Of a stretch of 64,000 bases of DNA, positions 1 to 9,814 are shown one piece after another (position 1 is the first letter of the stretch; every line of letters begins with the position of its first letter). Location of the stretch: the IMG/VR virus record IMGVR_UViG_3300021093_003900, positions 51,057-115,056 of that record; one strand, written 5' to 3'. The stretch comes from a virus. The notes below the pieces were generated by a model. It saw only the letters and a list, made by a program, of their open reading frames with translations. It ran no database searches and was not told the DNA's origin. The translations under genes and the position numbers were made by a program.

Positions 1-33
1 CCTTTGTAGATTTTGTTTTAAATCTTCACTCAT
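1..33 (-). CDS. 5' end of a gene running off the window (MSEDFKTKSTK...)
   Basis: ATG at 33, 2 nt after the stop of 36..302; frame open to window edge. Confidence 0.55.
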   Translation of the reverse strand, partial: MSEDLKQNLQR

Positions 34-35
34 TT

Positions 36-302
36 TTAAAGTTTTTGTATAAATTTATTGAATAACATTGTATTCCAAGCTAATCGAAATGAAACACTCA
101 AATCTTGTGATTTACTGACCATTTTTTCATCGATTGGTTGCATTTCAGAAAAAACAACTTCAGTTAATGTTTTTATAACTTCGTATTTTATGACAGAAAT
201 ATGTTGACTTTCACCAGTTCCTGAAAACTCAGGGCGATCGACGAAAGAATCAATCGCATTGATGTTCAAATAGTATTTTTCACCTAAAACGTCTAACATC
301 AT
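36..302 (-). CDS. hypothetical protein
   Basis: 88-aa ORF, start overlaps the upstream stop (coupled). Confidence 0.7.
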   Translation of the reverse strand: MMLDVLGEKYYLNINAIDSFVDRPEFSGTGESQHISVIKYEVIKTLTEVVFSEMQPIDEKMVSKSQDLSVSFRLAWNTMLFNKFIQKL

Positions 303-895
303 ATTAAATTTTTAATGTAATCATTTAATTCACCGATAGAATTTATAGTAATATTGGTTTTTATTTCCGAATTATATGGTTTTTCGAATTTAATTAAAGT
401 TTTATTTTTATTAATTTGTAATAATTCAGGTTCTGCCGTAACTAAAATATCAAATTCTTTCCAGATTTTTCTTTTATTCTTATGGTTGTAAAAAATTATT
501 TTTTCAATTTCACATCCGAACTTGGATATAAAAAACAGAGTTGCTGGTTTACTTTTACCAACCTGTTTGGAAATTAATAAAAACTCAACTTTACCAAAAT
601 ACTCCCTGTAAATTTCGTTTAAAATATGGAACGTACTCATCTCTGTCGATGGCGCATGTCCAAAAATTTGCATAGCGAATTCGTTATACATAAAGTTGTA
701 ATACTCTTCATCATTCTTAAAATTGAAATGATTTTTATAGTTAGATGTATTGTATGGTTTATAGATTTCAAATTTAAAATCTTTGTCAACCAATTCTAAT
801 TCATCGATAAAGAATTTTTGATAGATCTGTTCTATTTTTTCGAAAGTGTCCCTCAGAACACCTTCAATATCAATTGCTATTCGAAATTTTGGCAT
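299..895 (-). CDS. HAD-superfamily 5'(3')-deoxyribonucleotidase-like protein (degenerate DxD motif)
   Basis: Start reassigned to MPKFRIAIDIEGVLRD; C-terminal KPYN motif typical of NT5C-like phage proteins; DxE instead of DxD. Confidence 0.6.
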   Translation of the reverse strand: MPKFRIAIDIEGVLRDTFEKIEQIYQKFFIDELELVDKDFKFEIYKPYNTSNYKNHFNFKNDEEYYNFMYNEFAMQIFGHAPSTEMSTFHILNEIYREYFGKVEFLLISKQVGKSKPATLFFISKFGCEIEKIIFYNHKNKRKIWKEFDILVTAEPELLQINKNKTLIKFEKPYNSEIKTNITINSIGELNDYIKNLI

Positions 896-2006
896 ATGTT
901 TTTTTTTGTTGAACCATTTTGTTAATCCATTCGTATGTTTTTTCAATACCTTCTTTGAGTGGCATTGTACTTTCCCACCCAACTTTTTCTTTGTATAATT
1001 TATTATCGGAGTTTCTACCTCTGACCCCAGTTGGGCATTTAAATCCGTATTTTTTTATAAACTCATCGCCATCAATATTAGTAATTTTGATATTCTTACC
1101 TGATATATTGATTGCAAGTTGTGCCAATTCATTAATTGAAACCATTTCTTCTGACCCAATGTTCACTGGCCCTGTGAAATCGCTTTCCATTAATCTTAAA
1201 ACCGCCTCAACACATTCCTCAACATACATAAATGATCGTGTTTGCTTACCATCACCCCAAACTTCAATTTCATAATCAGGTCTTGATTGTTCTTCGATTT
1301 TGATTGCATCATCGATTTCTGCGACTTTTCTACACATTGCTGCTGGTGATTTTTCTTTACCACCAATCCAAGTACCTTGTGGGCCAAAAATATTATGAAA
1401 TCTTGCAATTCTAACATTAAGACCATAGTTTCGAGAAAATGCTAGATATAAACGTTCAGAAAAAAGTTTTTCCCAACCATACTCCGAATCTGGATTCGCT
1501 GGATATGCCGATGATTCTTCACAGTTTGGATTATCTGGATCTAGTTGATTATGTTCAGGATACATACAAGCCGAAGAAGAGTAAAATACTTTACCTACTT
1601 TTGTTTTGACAGCTTCATGAGCAACATTAAGATTTATTGTTGCTGAGTTATGCATTACATCCGCATCGTGATTACCTGTAAAAATGTATCCAGCACCACC
1701 CATATCTGCAGCAAGTTGGTAGACCTCATCAAAACCTTGGGTTTTCAGGAAAGGTTGTTTGAGATATTTGAATGGTTGTGGGTACCCACTATTGTTGACT
1801 TCTAATCTCATTATCGCTTCCACGTTATGAGAATCTCTTAAATCATAGGTGAGAAATTCATCACATATTTCATTTTCAGGGAAGTATTCGTGTCGTTTTA
1901 AATCAACTACTCGTACATAATGTCCTTCGGACTTTAATCTTTTTGCTAGATGTCCTCCAATGAAACCTCCTCCACCGAGAACTAAAATATTTTTAAATTG
2001 TTTCAT
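870..2006 (-). CDS. GDP-mannose 3,5-epimerase-like NAD-dependent epimerase
   Basis: GGGGFIG, AADMGGAGYI, YSSSACMYP, DSEYGWEK, RFHNIFGP, GGKEKSPAAMCRK, GVRGRNSDN motifs of the GME family. Confidence 0.85.
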   Translation of the reverse strand: MKQFKNILVLGGGGFIGGHLAKRLKSEGHYVRVVDLKRHEYFPENEICDEFLTYDLRDSHNVEAIMRLEVNNSGYPQPFKYLKQPFLKTQGFDEVYQLAADMGGAGYIFTGNHDADVMHNSATINLNVAHEAVKTKVGKVFYSSSACMYPEHNQLDPDNPNCEESSAYPANPDSEYGWEKLFSERLYLAFSRNYGLNVRIARFHNIFGPQGTWIGGKEKSPAAMCRKVAEIDDAIKIEEQSRPDYEIEVWGDGKQTRSFMYVEECVEAVLRLMESDFTGPVNIGSEEMVSINELAQLAINISGKNIKITNIDGDEFIKKYGFKCPTGVRGRNSDNKLYKEKVGWESTMPLKEGIEKTYEWINKMVQQKKTYAKISNSN

Positions 2007-2010
2007 AATA

Positions 2011-2583
2011 TTATTTAATATAAATAACTAATCTATCGGTTGGATCTAGAACACTAGGCATTAACCAATAATCAATAATTTTTTTATTTTCAAATGTTCC
2101 TAATATTTTATCAATTGTCAGGGTTATTAGTGAATCATCTATTTGAACACTATGTCCCACACCAAATAATCGTACATCATCAATCAAAACCAACCCCAAA
2201 TCACCAGTAAAATGTTTGTCAATAATACTACACTCTTGTAAAACTGGAAAATCTATCTTACCTACCGAGGTACCAGGGCCAGAGTTGTGACCATCCAACC
2301 AAAATAAACTATTTCTAGGTTCTAATCTAAGTATGGTGCTAAGTATGTCTATGGTATCTCCGTACATAACAGAAGTGTTAGATACCTCTTTGAATAACGC
2401 TTCGGCTCTATTATAAAGAGGCACATCAATTTCGATTGTGTATACTTTCTCAAAAAGACTAGAAGCTAATTTTGTGGTTTCACCCATATATGTACCAGAT
2501 TCAATGAATACTGGAAAATCCTGATATGTTTTGTCTATTTTATGTAGACATGTGTCTAGTAAATTTTTTTCTAAAGCTGGCAT
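2011..2583 (-). CDS. class I SAM-dependent methyltransferase-like protein
   Basis: FIESGTYMGET, YTIEID, FWLDGH, LIDDVR motifs. Confidence 0.7.
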   Translation of the reverse strand: MPALEKNLLDTCLHKIDKTYQDFPVFIESGTYMGETTKLASSLFEKVYTIEIDVPLYNRAEALFKEVSNTSVMYGDTIDILSTILRLEPRNSLFWLDGHNSGPGTSVGKIDFPVLQECSIIDKHFTGDLGLVLIDDVRLFGVGHSVQIDDSLITLTIDKILGTFENKKIIDYWLMPSVLDPTDRLVIYIK

Positions 2584-2670
2584 AAATTCGCGGTTTAATT
2601 AATTTTTATATTTTTAAAAAAAAATAAAAATATTCGAAACAAAGTAAATATGTTATTGAATCTTATCGAT

Positions 2671-3606
2671 TCAATTGAAGTATGTTCGGTACTCTTTGAA
2701 ATACAAATTTGTATTTTCAGGTAAATGATCAGTAAAATTGTGTATATTATCAATAAACTTTAAAGTATTTCGATAACCAATTATTTCGTTCTCTAAGTTA
2801 CGAATAAGATCTTGAGGATTTCTTTCTTGATAGACTGAAGCTGAAGTAAAAATAACAGAGTTGGGATGATAAAATTGTTGAATGTATGCACCCCAAATGT
2901 CATCCATTCTTCCGACAAATGGTAAAACTGAATAATTTTTCAATACACTTCTGTGCAGAAAAGTATTTTGTGAATTATATGGTGTCATTTGGTGTGTTGT
3001 GAATGGGTCAAATTTTTCAAATTTTACAATTGGTTTTTTACTCAATCTACAGATCGCATCAATATCTGGATCACCATCCCAAAATTCAGCTTGTACTAAG
3101 GGTACAATTTCAATCTTTCCTTTATATTCAATATCGTTTTTGACTTTCAAGTATTCAATAGGAAATCCTCTGTGCCACAAATCATTGTGACTAGTGATAG
3201 ACAATGGATCAAAGTACGAACAATTAATGTTTTCATAGAGATCGACAATAACCTTTTGTCCAACATAAATTTGATCACCCCAAAAATCGTAAGGGATATT
3301 ATCATCATCTACTGTTGCAACTATCTCAGCTTGATTGAGGTAAGCGTAAATAAAACCGATATTTCTTCTTTGTATAGTATTCCAACCAATTACGTTAGAT
3401 ATTTTTGGAAATAATGTGTCTTGTTGTTCGGGGGAAAGATAAACTACATTTTTGTAGTTTTTTTCTAGTTTTCTATATTCATTATGTGGTGTTTTTTTAT
3501 CACCAACTATTATAAACTGAAAACCTTTTTTGTCAGCAATCTCACAAAATTTTAGTGTTGCTTTAGTCGGACTATTAATCGTTGTGGTAACTATAAACTT
3601 TATCAT
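2671..3606 (-). CDS. STELLO/DUF288-like (GT75-related) glycosyltransferase
   Basis: IVTTTIN, VGDKKTP, RRNIG, DDDN, RGFP, DPDIDAICR, NSQNT, RMDDIW motifs; start reassigned to MIKF. Confidence 0.75.
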   Translation of the reverse strand: MIKFIVTTTINSPTKATLKFCEIADKKGFQFIIVGDKKTPHNEYRKLEKNYKNVVYLSPEQQDTLFPKISNVIGWNTIQRRNIGFIYAYLNQAEIVATVDDDNIPYDFWGDQIYVGQKVIVDLYENINCSYFDPLSITSHNDLWHRGFPIEYLKVKNDIEYKGKIEIVPLVQAEFWDGDPDIDAICRLSKKPIVKFEKFDPFTTHQMTPYNSQNTFLHRSVLKNYSVLPFVGRMDDIWGAYIQQFYHPNSVIFTSASVYQERNPQDLIRNLENEIIGYRNTLKFIDNIHNFTDHLPENTNLYFKEYRTYFN

Positions 3607-4325
3607 ACAAATTCTGGTGAGGGTAAACACATACCGTCAGTCCTGCGATTATGACGTTGTGTTCTTTCATTTGTTCTATGATTATGATATGTTGGATATC
3701 TTATTGCGGCTGATTTTGGTTTAAATCCTGCTTCGTAAATTTTATTCAGAAAGCAATTTTCCCCACCTTGATTACCTAGAAAACAACCAGATTCTGCTAT
3801 AAACTTTTTTGTTTTCCAAGCCCACCCACAATGGGCACATGGAACAAACGATCGTACAGTTTCGTCATTCATAAACCAATTTTTATCTATAATTTTTTGA
3901 GTATTAAACATATTAAGACCATCATTATCTGATTGTTTATAAGCTTCTGGAGACTGACCAATACTCGGATCTCTCATAGATCGATTTGTAAAAAGTAAAA
4001 AAACATTATCGTCACATTCAAAATTCATAATTTCTTCTCCGAATGTCGTGTCGGAATTTGTAAAAAACTTAAAATCCGTATCACTCGATACTTCATTTGT
4101 AAAATCATATAACTGTTTCATGGATATCATTCCCGTTTTATTCAAGTTATGGACACATATTTTATCAGAATCATAATCTTTAAACTTGAGATAGTCTTCG
4201 TTTTCTTGACACCAAACGTGTATAACATCAAAAAATTTCGAATTCCACTCCAAAGTATTCTTTATTTCTCTTAATCTTTCGTCACTATTATAACGAAATC
4301 CATCAATACTTAAAATTTTACGCAT
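3603..4325 (-). CDS. hypothetical protein, possible glycosyltransferase
   Basis: 240-aa ORF inside the glycosylation operon; FTNSD acidic motif and terminal YHNH typical of GT-A-like phage proteins. Confidence 0.55.
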   Translation of the reverse strand: MRKILSIDGFRYNSDERLREIKNTLEWNSKFFDVIHVWCQENEDYLKFKDYDSDKICVHNLNKTGMISMKQLYDFTNEVSSDTDFKFFTNSDTTFGEEIMNFECDDNVFLLFTNRSMRDPSIGQSPEAYKQSDNDGLNMFNTQKIIDKNWFMNDETVRSFVPCAHCGWAWKTKKFIAESGCFLGNQGGENCFLNKIYEAGFKPKSAAIRYPTYHNHRTNERTQRHNRRTDGMCLPSPEFV

Positions 4326-4328
4326 ACA

Positions 4329-5162
4329 CTAAATTTGTTCAATATTAAATAAATATTCTCCTTTACCCCAATTTTCCGAGTTTTCAGTTTGTTGAAAATT
4401 CTGAATATATTTATGTTTATCATTACTAATTGTAACACCACCAGAACCATCACCGTGCCCATAATGGTTCATATGGAACACTGGTAAGTCCAATTTAGAA
4501 ATGACCCCACACATAGCACCTTTCTTCATTAGGTTACTATCTGCAAAATTTCTGTAAATCATAGATTCTTCAAACCCCTTCATTTTGTACCATAAATTTC
4601 TGTGTGCAAGTTGATAGTCTCCACAACAAACAACAGTAGACCACGGATCACCCACATCTTCAGGGATCCTATTTGCGTCAGGTTTTGCAAGATAATTTTG
4701 GAAATTAGTGATTAAATAATCACCAAAATCTTTATGATTTTGTACACTTAAAAACTCATGTGGTTCCACATCTCTTCTAGGTGCGGCATACAAGGTGTTA
4801 TGATCCAAAGAAGTTAAGTTTGGTCGATCAGCAATAATATCGATGTTTGTTGATACAATAAAATCAGAAGTTGCAAGTCTTATACCAATATTTCGGGCTA
4901 AAACCTCGACAATTTGTATATTGGATAACCCTAAACCAAAATCCTCGATCATTTGTTTAGTTACTTCTATGTGTTTAAGTCTTCCTTTTTTTGGTACTAG
5001 TGATCTTATTTCTTCAATTAGAGACCTGTTCTCTGAATTCCAATCTACATAAATAACTTCATCGTACCTTTCAATAAAATTTATTAAACATAGAGCACTA
5101 CGATGATTTAAGTGTCCACCATAGTCATCATTTCTAGAAATTATTACAGCAGTAATCGTCAT
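4329..5162 (-). CDS. GT2/GT-A-like glycosyltransferase
   Basis: SRNDDYGG, YVDWNS, ARNIGIR, STNIDII, GDYQL, GFEE, FHMNH. Confidence 0.7.
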   Translation of the reverse strand: MTITAVIISRNDDYGGHLNHRSALCLINFIERYDEVIYVDWNSENRSLIEEIRSLVPKKGRLKHIEVTKQMIEDFGLGLSNIQIVEVLARNIGIRLATSDFIVSTNIDIIADRPNLTSLDHNTLYAAPRRDVEPHEFLSVQNHKDFGDYLITNFQNYLAKPDANRIPEDVGDPWSTVVCCGDYQLAHRNLWYKMKGFEESMIYRNFADSNLMKKGAMCGVISKLDLPVFHMNHYGHGDGSGGVTISNDKHKYIQNFQQTENSENWGKGEYLFNIEQI

Positions 5163-5165
5163 TTT

Positions 5166-6152
5166 TTAATTTTTTAATTTTTTTAACCAATAGTTTAATA
5201 GATCTTTCATAGTTTGTTCCAGTGTATACTCGGGTTTCCAACCTGTAATTTCAAATAACTCTGTAGAATCACCTACTTGTACCTGTATGTCTATCGGTCT
5301 GTATAATTTATCATCTATTCTTTGTTCTATCTCGTTATAAGGAATTCCAGACGCTTCAATTAATTTATCTGTAAAATATTGCATTTTATGTACGTCAGAA
5401 CCACAAACGTTAAATACCTTTCCATCCGAATCTGGTGTCATCATAAGAAGATAATATGCATTTACACAATCTCTTACATCTATAACAACTCGTTCAGTTT
5501 TGAGATTACCGACTCTGAGTACTTTTTCTTGTAAACCTAGAACCATTTTAGCTATTTGGAATGCGTCAGATGAAATCGAAAAATTAAAACCTCGACGAGG
5601 GCCAGTATGTGAGAACGCTCTTGTAATAAAACCTTTTATAAAACCATTTTTGAACCTTTCCTGAAGATATAAATCTATCGCGGCCTTAGATGCTGCGTAT
5701 GGATTTGAAGGAGTTAACGGATCAGTAACTTTCAATATCCCTTTATCTTTACAAGTGTCACCATATACCTCAGATGTTGAACAAAACATTAATTTAGTTT
5801 CTGTTTTTTCTAAGACAGTGATAATATTCATACTAGCCGTAACATTTTCTTCAAACGTTAAAATTGGATCCGCAAAACTTGTTGGTGGATGTGATTGAGC
5901 GGCCAAATGAAAGACACCATCAAAAACTTGATTAAAAAATAATTTATGAACGGAGTGGTAAACTCTAAGATCCAAATTGTGAAAAGTAATAGAGTTGTAT
6001 TCTTCTAAAGTTAGTATATCAAGTAGATCTGTTTGTCTACCATTTGGACATCGTATCACTCCGTGTACTTCATGTCCTTTTGATAACAAAAGTTTTGCTA
6101 AATTTGGTCCAGCAAATCCTGTTATTCCTGTGATTAAAAATTTCTTTTTCAT
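5166..6152 (-). CDS. gmd: GDP-mannose 4,6-dehydratase / GDP-6-deoxy-mannose reductase family SDR
   Basis: LITGITGFAG, HLAAQSH, STSEVYG, YAASK, VGNL..DVRD; GMD versus RMD not resolvable by eye. Confidence 0.75.
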   Translation of the reverse strand: MKKKFLITGITGFAGPNLAKLLLSKGHEVHGVIRCPNGRQTDLLDILTLEEYNSITFHNLDLRVYHSVHKLFFNQVFDGVFHLAAQSHPPTSFADPILTFEENVTASMNIITVLEKTETKLMFCSTSEVYGDTCKDKGILKVTDPLTPSNPYAASKAAIDLYLQERFKNGFIKGFITRAFSHTGPRRGFNFSISSDAFQIAKMVLGLQEKVLRVGNLKTERVVIDVRDCVNAYYLLMMTPDSDGKVFNVCGSDVHKMQYFTDKLIEASGIPYNEIEQRIDDKLYRPIDIQVQVGDSTELFEITGWKPEYTLEQTMKDLLNYWLKKLKN

Positions 6153-6859
6153 TTCAGATAAATCCAATTTTGTTTGAATAAGTTAATTATATGATAAAAG
6201 TTTGGAGTTGTAAATCTTGAAGTTAAAAACATTTTATCAGCTTTCAATTTCAATTTCTCCAATATGTAATTGAATGATGTATCTACTATCGAAATTTCTT
6301 TTGCGTTTTCAAAAACTTTGGCCCAGTCAAAGGGGGTAAATTCGTCTGTAATCTCAACTTTTATAACTTTGTAAAGTTTATTGTAAGGAACTGGTTTCGA
6401 TGCTGTATGAGGAGGGGTACCCCATGTGTTTGAAACAACTACATAGTCCTCATCATCTTTCAATCCCAAAAAATTGTAGTATAGATTATTTTCTTTCTCT
6501 TTGTTTCTTTTCCAAGTGAAATGACCTTGCCAACCATTGAAATCATGTCCAACGAAAGAATATTTCACTTCCATACATGAACCAGGTAAGTGTTGATCGG
6601 CAAAACGAATTGGATAATATTCAAACTCAGGTTCTCTTACAATCTGACTACTACTCATAAATTGCTTGTATGGAAAACTTTCACTTAGCGTGTAAAACTC
6701 TAAGTTTGGTTTGGAAATATAATCTTTAACGAATATAAGATTGTCAGCAACAGGAAATATTACTTTAAACCCCTCTTGTATTTTCAAATCAACAAACTTT
6801 TGGAGAAAAAAAATATCTCCAAGACCAGCAGGTTGGTTTATTAAACATGTTTTAAACAC
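6149..6859 (-). CDS. putative GT-B glycosyltransferase
   Basis: N-terminal QPAGLGDIF and late IVDTS motif resemble GT9-like/fucosyltransferase-like folds. Confidence 0.55.
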   Translation of the reverse strand: MFKTCLINQPAGLGDIFFLQKFVDLKIQEGFKVIFPVADNLIFVKDYISKPNLEFYTLSESFPYKQFMSSSQIVREPEFEYYPIRFADQHLPGSCMEVKYSFVGHDFNGWQGHFTWKRNKEKENNLYYNFLGLKDDEDYVVVSNTWGTPPHTASKPVPYNKLYKVIKVEITDEFTPFDWAKVFENAKEISIVDTSFNYILEKLKLKADKMFLTSRFTTPNFYHIINLFKQNWIYLK

Positions 6860-7661
6860 AATTTTTTATGTAATTTTCAAACAACCAATCATCTAAAATT
6901 TCATATTGGAGTGCCCTCTCAAAGTTTTCTTTTATTGAATTGATTTTTGAATGATAAAGTTCTGGTGTTAGTAATGATAGATCTTCTAAATCATCCAAAA
7001 ATATTATACCGTCGGAATTGAAATGTTGAACAATTTTTTTAGTACCTTTAAATACTGGGATTGTTCCAGTCAAAAAACAATCTAATATTTTTTCAGTAAA
7101 ATAGGTATCATACGTATTATTTTCAATTGCTATCGAAAACATGTAGTCAACTAACCCTGTTTCTTTTTTTTCAATTTCTCCGAAACCTCTACCAAACAAG
7201 TCTAATTTGTCTCTATTTTGAAGAGCAAAATTATATCTAAACCTATGTTGTTCAGTAGCTTGTTTATCTGAAGTTATCATTGAAATCAACTTAGATTTAG
7301 TGTAAATTTTAGGTTCCTCGATATAAGACCCATAAGCTGGAGACCATTTAAAAATAGGATCAAGTTGAACTAGTTCGTCATTGTGTGTCCAAACTTGTTC
7401 GTAGGTATTCTTAATTTTTTCGACTTCAGACTTTGCTTGTTCCGATGTACCACCATCGTAGGATTTACTTTCGAGGATCCATAGAAACTTTTTTTTACCA
7501 TCGTTAGCATCTCCGAATCCAGCCCACATACCGCCATCAATATAAACAGATATTGGATTTTCACGTGAAAAAAAATCCCATTTAATGTGTTTAGAAACTT
7601 TCCACCAAGTTGAGCAATATGCATGAGCAAAATTACCCGATAACATATTCAAATGTACCAT
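6852..7661 (-). CDS. GT10 alpha-1,3-fucosyltransferase-like protein
   Basis: YMFSIAIEN...YFTEKILDCFLTGTIPVFKG, the GT10 signature. Confidence 0.8.
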   Translation of the reverse strand: MVHLNMLSGNFAHAYCSTWWKVSKHIKWDFFSRENPISVYIDGGMWAGFGDANDGKKKFLWILESKSYDGGTSEQAKSEVEKIKNTYEQVWTHNDELVQLDPIFKWSPAYGSYIEEPKIYTKSKLISMITSDKQATEQHRFRYNFALQNRDKLDLFGRGFGEIEKKETGLVDYMFSIAIENNTYDTYFTEKILDCFLTGTIPVFKGTKKIVQHFNSDGIIFLDDLEDLSLLTPELYHSKINSIKENFERALQYEILDDWLFENYIKNCV

Positions 7662-7665
7662 ATTA

Positions 7666-8277
7666 TTATTTTTTTATGAAGAAACCATCACCCCAAGTAC
7701 CACCATCCCAAGTTTGCTCAACTAATTCGAAACCGTACGGGGATAAGAAATCGATTAATTGTTCAATACGCGTACAGTCTTGGTAGAGCTCGTCTCGATT
7801 TATTTCGGACATAATATAGTCAATATTGTGTAAAGTTTTCTCGGCACCTTTAAATACCTCCAATTCATAACCTTGGACATCAATATTTATAAAGTTGAAA
7901 CCTAAAAGATCAATACCCAAATCGTCTAATCGTTTCATTTCAACTTCTTCAGTTGACTCAAATTTGATATGTGGATATTGTGTAAGATGTAATACTGGAT
8001 TCAAAATCGAACTAGATTGACCGTTATTAGCTGTTTCAACATTCATTGAAATTTTTTTATTATCATTTCCTAAGGCAATATTCATCAACGTATAGTTTTC
8101 ACCAATATTGTTTTTTAATACTTTAAAGTTTGATGATAAAGGTTCAAAAAAAATTCTTCTTTGTATACCAAGATCGTTATATGCATTGTTTTCCTCACCG
8201 AAGTGGGCACCAATATGAAGAACGCCATTGATCTTCATATTGTATTTATTGACGATTGCGTTTAAGTTAAGCAACAT
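7666..8277 (-). CDS. FkbM-family methyltransferase
   Basis: LHIGAHFGEE, FFEP, SSSIL, NIDVQGYELEV, WGD. Confidence 0.85.
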   Translation of the reverse strand: MLLNLNAIVNKYNMKINGVLHIGAHFGEENNAYNDLGIQRRIFFEPLSSNFKVLKNNIGENYTLMNIALGNDNKKISMNVETANNGQSSSILNPVLHLTQYPHIKFESTEEVEMKRLDDLGIDLLGFNFINIDVQGYELEVFKGAEKTLHNIDYIMSEINRDELYQDCTRIEQLIDFLSPYGFELVEQTWDGGTWGDGFFIKK

Positions 8278-9091
8278 ATTCTAATATTCCATTTTTTGAT
8301 TCTACGTTTATGATAATCCAATTTGATTCGTAAATGTCTTTAAAGTTTGATGGACCACCAGTACCAAACCAAATCGACGGTGCAATTACTTTTTTATTTT
8401 CATTTCTATTGAGAAAACTTCCCCACCACGAGAAAGTTGAATTACAAATGATATTATTTTTACACAGCGACATTAACCAAATTTCTTTATAATCTTCATC
8501 CTCTTCTACTATAATCATATTGGGAAAGTTCAGATTTTCTTTTACCCAGTTTTTGTCTTCCGAAAAAACAAAAATTGTAGAATAATCTTGTACCAAATGC
8601 AAAGCTCTTTGGATGTAACTTAAACCAACACTAGGATGGATGTGAGGGTTCATCAAATAGTCACCTCTTCTGATATGAATTGAGACGGTATTTGAGTCAT
8701 TCAATTGGGGATATTTATAGAAAAAATCTGTAACTACATCATTAGTAGGTGAAAAAAGTTCACGCACCTCATTATCGTATCCTAAAAAATTTTTACTACT
8801 TTGAAAGTATCCAGTAAAAACAGTTTTTTCATCAAATGGTTTTACTGAACTATATTCCCATTCCCAAGGGTTTATAACCACTTCCTTGAATCCATTGTGA
8901 GATGTACCAAACTGAAAATTTTTAAAAATATTTTTAGTGTAGTTTTCAATACCTTTACCTTGCATAGGTGTCCATGAATGAGGTAAAATAAAAACTGGTC
9001 GATTATGTTTTAATCCTTGACAATAGGCATGTGCTGCCTGAAACATTTGGTTCCCTAGACCACCCATCAACTTACATGAAATATAATTCAT
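8267..9091 (-). CDS. GT11 alpha-1,2-fucosyltransferase-like protein
   Basis: GGLGNQMFQ, GYFQS, HIRRGDY, FSED, NSTFSWW. Confidence 0.88.
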   Translation of the reverse strand: MNYISCKLMGGLGNQMFQAAHAYCQGLKHNRPVFILPHSWTPMQGKGIENYTKNIFKNFQFGTSHNGFKEVVINPWEWEYSSVKPFDEKTVFTGYFQSSKNFLGYDNEVRELFSPTNDVVTDFFYKYPQLNDSNTVSIHIRRGDYLMNPHIHPSVGLSYIQRALHLVQDYSTIFVFSEDKNWVKENLNFPNMIIVEEDEDYKEIWLMSLCKNNIICNSTFSWWGSFLNRNENKKVIAPSIWFGTGGPSNFKDIYESNWIIINVESKNGILEYVA

Positions 9092-9813
9092 CGATTGAGT
9101 GTTTTTAATTTGGGTTTATTACGAATTTGGTCAGCGTTTTTATTTTGAATACTTACACCACCACCAGCACTTAAATCTTTATGGTCATTATATGGGGATT
9201 CAGCGTTATAAACATATGAAATTTTATCAATGAATTTATAGTGTTTTTTTCCCGCTAATTCGATTAGAGGAAATGAGTATGCAACGTCAGCCCCAGATTT
9301 ATAATACTCATTATTTTCATCTAAAAAGTTTTCTTTTGGTATATTTTTCCATAAGAATGACTTCCAAGTTCTTAAATGTGAAAATCTGAAAGGATCCGAC
9401 CTGATCGTATCAGGGTTACATTCTTGAGAAAATCCACTATTTCCATTACTATACATAAAAGACCCGTTGGTTAACCAAATATTTTTGTCGGAATAAGTCT
9501 TATTTATCAATGATAATACATCATTACCCAGAAGAAAATCATCAGCATCCACTTCAACTACAATATCTTCATCATCAAATTGAGAAATTAATTCGTCCAT
9601 ATTTTTCAATTTAAACTTTTTTTCATCGTTCTTGATTAAAATGAACCGATCATCCCCGCCTATAAGTTCTTGTGCAAATTCATATCCACCGTCGGTAGAT
9701 AAATCATCAATCATATAAACGTAGAAGTGATTCAAAGTTTGTATTTTCAAACTTTTTACGTATGTCGAAAGATAATTTTTTGCGTTCCAAAAACACGATA
9801 CTACTTTGATCAT
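9088..9813 (-). CDS. GT2-family glycosyltransferase
   Basis: IDDLSTDG, VDADD, SHLRT, YVYN. Confidence 0.8.
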   Translation of the reverse strand: MIKVVSCFWNAKNYLSTYVKSLKIQTLNHFYVYMIDDLSTDGGYEFAQELIGGDDRFILIKNDEKKFKLKNMDELISQFDDEDIVVEVDADDFLLGNDVLSLINKTYSDKNIWLTNGSFMYSNGNSGFSQECNPDTIRSDPFRFSHLRTWKSFLWKNIPKENFLDENNEYYKSGADVAYSFPLIELAGKKHYKFIDKISYVYNAESPYNDHKDLSAGGGVSIQNKNADQIRNKPKLKTLNR

Positions 9814-9814
9814 A

